Shown here piece after piece: positions 60,891 through 64,000 of a stretch of DNA of 64,000 nt; position 1 is the first letter of the stretch; the number at the start of each line of letters is the position of its first letter. The stretch is taken from positions 2,080,001 through 2,144,000 of the forward strand of contig OY820579.1 in assembly GCA_963681965.1 (NCBI GenBank), read 5' to 3'. A program made the translations under genes and the position numbers. This DNA comes from a bacterium (GTDB lineage: Bacteria > Electryoneota > JAOADG01). A model generated the notes under the pieces. The model worked only from the letters and a program-made list of their open reading frames with translations, searched no databases and was not told the DNA's origin.

Positions 60891-61054
60891 AAGCCTTCAC
60901 ACAAAAAATAATATTTCCCGATTTTCTGCGTGTCAGCAGTTGAAATCGGTCAGTGAAGGCTTCGTAAAACGCAGGTGAGAAAATCGTGTCGGAAGTACGC
61001 CTTCATATTAGAAGGCGCTACTTTTGTCGTAGCATTTGCTACTTTTTTCGTAGC
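60891..61054. promoter_or_regulatory. Operator-like palindrome cluster
   Basis: GCTAC-N7-GTAGC at 61017-61033 and 61038-61054; CGCCTTC-N6-GAAGGCG at 60998-61017; AAGCCTTCAC 60891 / GTGAAGGCTT 60953. Confidence 0.65.
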
Positions 61055-61081
61055 GAATATAGAGTTTTAATTGATAACATG

Positions 61082-63121
61082 TTACGTAAACCATTCAATG
61101 TTTTGACCGGGATTATAACTTGGATATCTCCCACATGTCAAACGAGGAGACTTAAGATGCTCTGATAAATTTATATCGAATTTTGCTAAATCCATTTTCA
61201 CTCGTCGGATTGCAGCGATAAATGCTTTTCGCACTTTGTCAGAATCATCATGTAGTTTTCTCGTATGGTATCGGATGTCTTTACTTCTCTTTAAATATTC
61301 AAAGTAAGTACGAATCTCTTCATTAATTTCTGCTACTGATCGGAGCGTTGGTTCGCCTTTACATTCAGCATCTGTAGCGTCTTTAAGATCGACCTGCAAT
61401 TCTTTTATCTTGGCTTGACAAGCTAGAACTGTAGAATCGTCAATAACATCAAACCCCCTTTTGAGTATGAACATCTCCGGCTGTTTCGATTCGAGGCGTA
61501 CTAAATCATTAACTTTGAATTCCTGATTTGGATGAGACAATAAAGTATGAAGATATGCCGCACCAATAGAGGGAGGAATAACAAATTCCTTACCCCCATT
61601 GAATCTTACGAGCCATCCTTTGCCTTGCTGAATGAAAACGTTTTTATGTCCATCAGTTATCGACTGGTATGAAGAAGTATTTGCTTCTGAGGAATTACTC
61701 AGTCGTCTTGAATAATCACACACCATCGTTAGCAAACAATGCTCTGGAAGATTGTGCTCTCGAAATGAACTTGCGTAGTTTTTGATCGCAGTATCGACCA
61801 CTCTGGTCACTTCTACTGCATGTCTTCGATAGAGGTCGTACAATTTAGCAGCGACAGTGTCGGGCGATTCATTAAAATGTCTTAGTATCCTTGAAGCTTC
61901 CCCATATTTAATAAAGAATTCGTTCGAAGTCATTTTGCTTACTGCTGTAGCACTATCGACATAAGCAGCGAGCATTGTTCGCGTCAGCGCCTCTTCGCGA
62001 TTGCCGGTTAATAAATCAATCCCATATCCTTCAGCATTATCATACTTCTCAAGACCCGCTGAAAGGATTGAAAATCGGCGGTCGATACATTGCGAACATT
62101 TTCCGCAATGCGGAGTTTGATTGCTCATCTCCCATGTGTGATTGCAACTTGTCGAATTATTAATCAACTCACAACAATCGGCATTCTCAATTATCTTCAG
62201 TACCTCCGGTTTCGTCTTCCAGATGAAAGGATTTTCAACAACGAATTCGGTTCCAGATACCGCACTGATAATTTTAGAGAAGCCATTAATAACTTGTGGG
62301 TGAGTTGTTCGTGTAGCTCTTGCACCGACAACTTGCGGCGAAGGGGGGAGATTAAAACTAATAACCCCATTCTCGTAAAAACGAAGACGCTTCAATCCGA
62401 TCATTCGTGCAATCGTTGTCCCTAATGCAGCATATAGAAAAGATCGTGATCTTTGAGTGTATTCCTTAGTAAGAATGCTACTTTTAAAAATTGTTACGGA
62501 AATATGATGTGGTTTGAAGTGGGATCGTTCGTTTAATAATTCAATCAACTGCTCGAGGCGTTTGTGCATTTTCTGAGTCGGTCGGTGAGACACAAGAGCG
62601 ACTTTCCTTTCGTCGATAACAGCTTCTTGAACAGCACCACCCAACGAATCGATACCACCGGAAAACATCATTACTTCATCTATTTCGGGTAATTCGTATG
62701 GAATCAGTTTTTGTTCCGGTTGCATCTGCGTTAGCTTACAGAACTCAAAATTGTATTCATCTTCTGATAAGAAACCGAGTGTTTCACACAGTTGATTTTT
62801 GATCTTGGAGTCATTCCAGTGATCCGGTTCTCGAACTGCGATGCGAAAGAACAACCTTCGCCGCCAATCAGTACCAAAACTCGCGGCATTGTCGCTACCG
62901 CGAGGGATGGCTTGATCGGCACAGTAAACATAAGTCGCTATTTCAAGTAGATCGTGAATAAGAGATGGTACATCGCGAAGCAGATGCTCACGAACATCCG
63001 CAATTTCCAACTTGACGTTTTCTTTTTGCCCCCACAGATGAAACCATAAGTATTTATCGTCAACACAAGGAAGCCGATTAATTGGAACATCACCGCACAA
63101 AATTGCCCGTTCAGTTGGCAT
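61082..63121 (-). CDS. QueC/QatC-like PP-loop enzyme fused to C-terminal putative DNA-binding domain
   Basis: DLLEIATYVYCAD, FSGGIDS, QRSRSFLY, ENGVIS, TRTTHP, NPF..KTK, SC..HCGKCSQC; extra ~190-aa C-terminal domain. Confidence 0.82.
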   Translation of the reverse strand: MPTERAILCGDVPINRLPCVDDKYLWFHLWGQKENVKLEIADVREHLLRDVPSLIHDLLEIATYVYCADQAIPRGSDNAASFGTDWRRRLFFRIAVREPDHWNDSKIKNQLCETLGFLSEDEYNFEFCKLTQMQPEQKLIPYELPEIDEVMMFSGGIDSLGGAVQEAVIDERKVALVSHRPTQKMHKRLEQLIELLNERSHFKPHHISVTIFKSSILTKEYTQRSRSFLYAALGTTIARMIGLKRLRFYENGVISFNLPPSPQVVGARATRTTHPQVINGFSKIISAVSGTEFVVENPFIWKTKPEVLKIIENADCCELINNSTSCNHTWEMSNQTPHCGKCSQCIDRRFSILSAGLEKYDNAEGYGIDLLTGNREEALTRTMLAAYVDSATAVSKMTSNEFFIKYGEASRILRHFNESPDTVAAKLYDLYRRHAVEVTRVVDTAIKNYASSFREHNLPEHCLLTMVCDYSRRLSNSSEANTSSYQSITDGHKNVFIQQGKGWLVRFNGGKEFVIPPSIGAAYLHTLLSHPNQEFKVNDLVRLESKQPEMFILKRGFDVIDDSTVLACQAKIKELQVDLKDATDAECKGEPTLRSVAEINEEIRTYFEYLKRSKDIRYHTRKLHDDSDKVRKAFIAAIRRVKMDLAKFDINLSEHLKSPRLTCGRYPSYNPGQNIEWFT

Positions 63122-63896
63122 CGGTGTTTGCACCATCTTTCAGCATTTTTGTGATATTTTGCAATGCTGTCTGAGCAAATCCGGCCGCAATTCGTCGTGA
63201 GATACCAGTTTGTTTGCGTTTCTTCAGGGAAAACAACTCACCAGTGAATTCTTCTATTACTTCAGATGCTTCAAAAGTGTGTTTACTTAGAGCGTTGGTG
63301 AATTCTCCTTGCTGTGATATTGTTTTAAAACGAGCGTTTTCACCGATTTTTAGCGGTGTAATCATGCTCAAATGGTAGTTGAGACATTTATTGGTTAAGC
63401 GAGCGAAGAAATCTCTGATAAATGCGTTGTAATGTCGAGAAGTATTTAAATCGTAGAACGCTAATTGGGTTTCGATAGGGGTTGAGCGAAAAATATCCTT
63501 GATGCGTGTTAAAATTGAATTGGAAATGGTCTCGACTGCAGCCATCTGAGCCATTTCCCCCAAATCTGATCGACCACCGGAATTTCTAATCTTCTGATCG
63601 ATAGCATCGGAGAAAGCGCCAATAATTTCCATCACACTTGGAGCATTTGAAACTTGTAGACCGATTTTACGGAGGGCATCTGAAAATTCCTCCTTTTTCG
63701 CAGCTATCGGTAATTGCGTTAATAGCCAGACTGTCTCGGAAAGACATTTATCGTGAACAGCGTCATCGAATATATGTTCGATAGCAGAAGCCGTGGCTTG
63801 GGCAATTTGAGGAGAATCTGCCCCACAATCGAGCAAATTCTTTACTTCAGTCCATTTGCGGGTGTTTGGAAGTTTGCCTAATCTTATATGCCCCAT
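63111..63896 (-). CDS. Helical partner protein of the QueC-like enzyme (QatB-analogous)
   Basis: Likely start MGHIRLG at 63896; stop overlaps the QueC-like start (ATGCCAACTGA). Confidence 0.7.
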   Translation of the reverse strand: MGHIRLGKLPNTRKWTEVKNLLDCGADSPQIAQATASAIEHIFDDAVHDKCLSETVWLLTQLPIAAKKEEFSDALRKIGLQVSNAPSVMEIIGAFSDAIDQKIRNSGGRSDLGEMAQMAAVETISNSILTRIKDIFRSTPIETQLAFYDLNTSRHYNAFIRDFFARLTNKCLNYHLSMITPLKIGENARFKTISQQGEFTNALSKHTFEASEVIEEFTGELFSLKKRKQTGISRRIAAGFAQTALQNITKMLKDGANTDAN

Positions 63897-63960
63897 CAAT
63901 TCACCCAACCTTTACTAGATGAATAATCAAGAACTAATGATTTAGGACTAAGAGTGAAGC

Positions 63961-63990
63961 AACCGCCCCACCTTCCGGCAGGGCGGTTTT
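63961..63990. terminator. Possible terminator hairpin upstream of the module
   Basis: AACCGCCC...GGGCGGTT stem followed by TT. Confidence 0.4.
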
Positions 63991-64000
63991 GATAAGAGCA

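Larger units (their letters stand above)
54115..64000. mobile_element. tRNA-integrated element (satellite-like or integrative replicon), right end beyond window
   Basis: Integrase directly after tRNA; XRE regulator, primase-helicase, second recombinase, AT-richer cargo; no core genes. Confidence 0.85.

Noticed and set aside
60884-60950. Frameshifted remnant of an arm-binding domain upstream of recombinase 2 (LTRRKSGNII vs LFLRKSGIWY)
   Set aside because: Similarity is too short to distinguish from chance
61082-63121. Housekeeping queC for queuosine synthesis
   Set aside because: About three times the canonical length, with extra domains, island location and no queD/E/F nearby
54115-64000. 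Second att site (tRNA 3' duplicate) within the window
   Set aside because: None found by eye; the element probably extends past the edge

Overview
The window comes from a Gram-negative bacterium, most likely an FCB-group lineage (fused lpxC-fabZ, YPNPFN-type C-terminal sorting domains, bacillithiol genes). Positions 1-53.9 kb are mostly core genome: ctpA-dprA-obgE, a methyltransferase-bshC-bshB1 cluster, tatC, secreted enzymes, and a long minus-strand run (panC, rsfS, argS, mtnA, uppS, bamA, skp, lpxD, lpxC-fabZ, lpxA, dxr, rseP, glycosyltransferases, PBP1A, an orphan DNA methyltransferase, mpl). Three accessory signals stand out. (1) A secreted beta-propeller gene (6362-9355) is flanked by REP-like palindrome clusters and carries three in-frame, partly nested insertions of those same palindromes. 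(2) An AT-rich DUF4393/Abi-alpha-like gene is split by an IS3 with a CAA target duplication. (3) An integrative element starts at tRNA-Arg(ACG) (54040-54114) and runs off the window. It holds two paralogous convergent tyrosine recombinases, an XRE regulator, an iteron-like array split by an IS5, an AEP primase-helicase, and a two-gene module. That module is a QueC/QatC-like PP-loop enzyme fused to a putative DNA-binding domain plus a partner with a Met-Gly N-terminus, followed directly by tandem operator-like palindromes. It is the best candidate for an undescribed system. All calls come from reading motifs by eye; no database searches were run.
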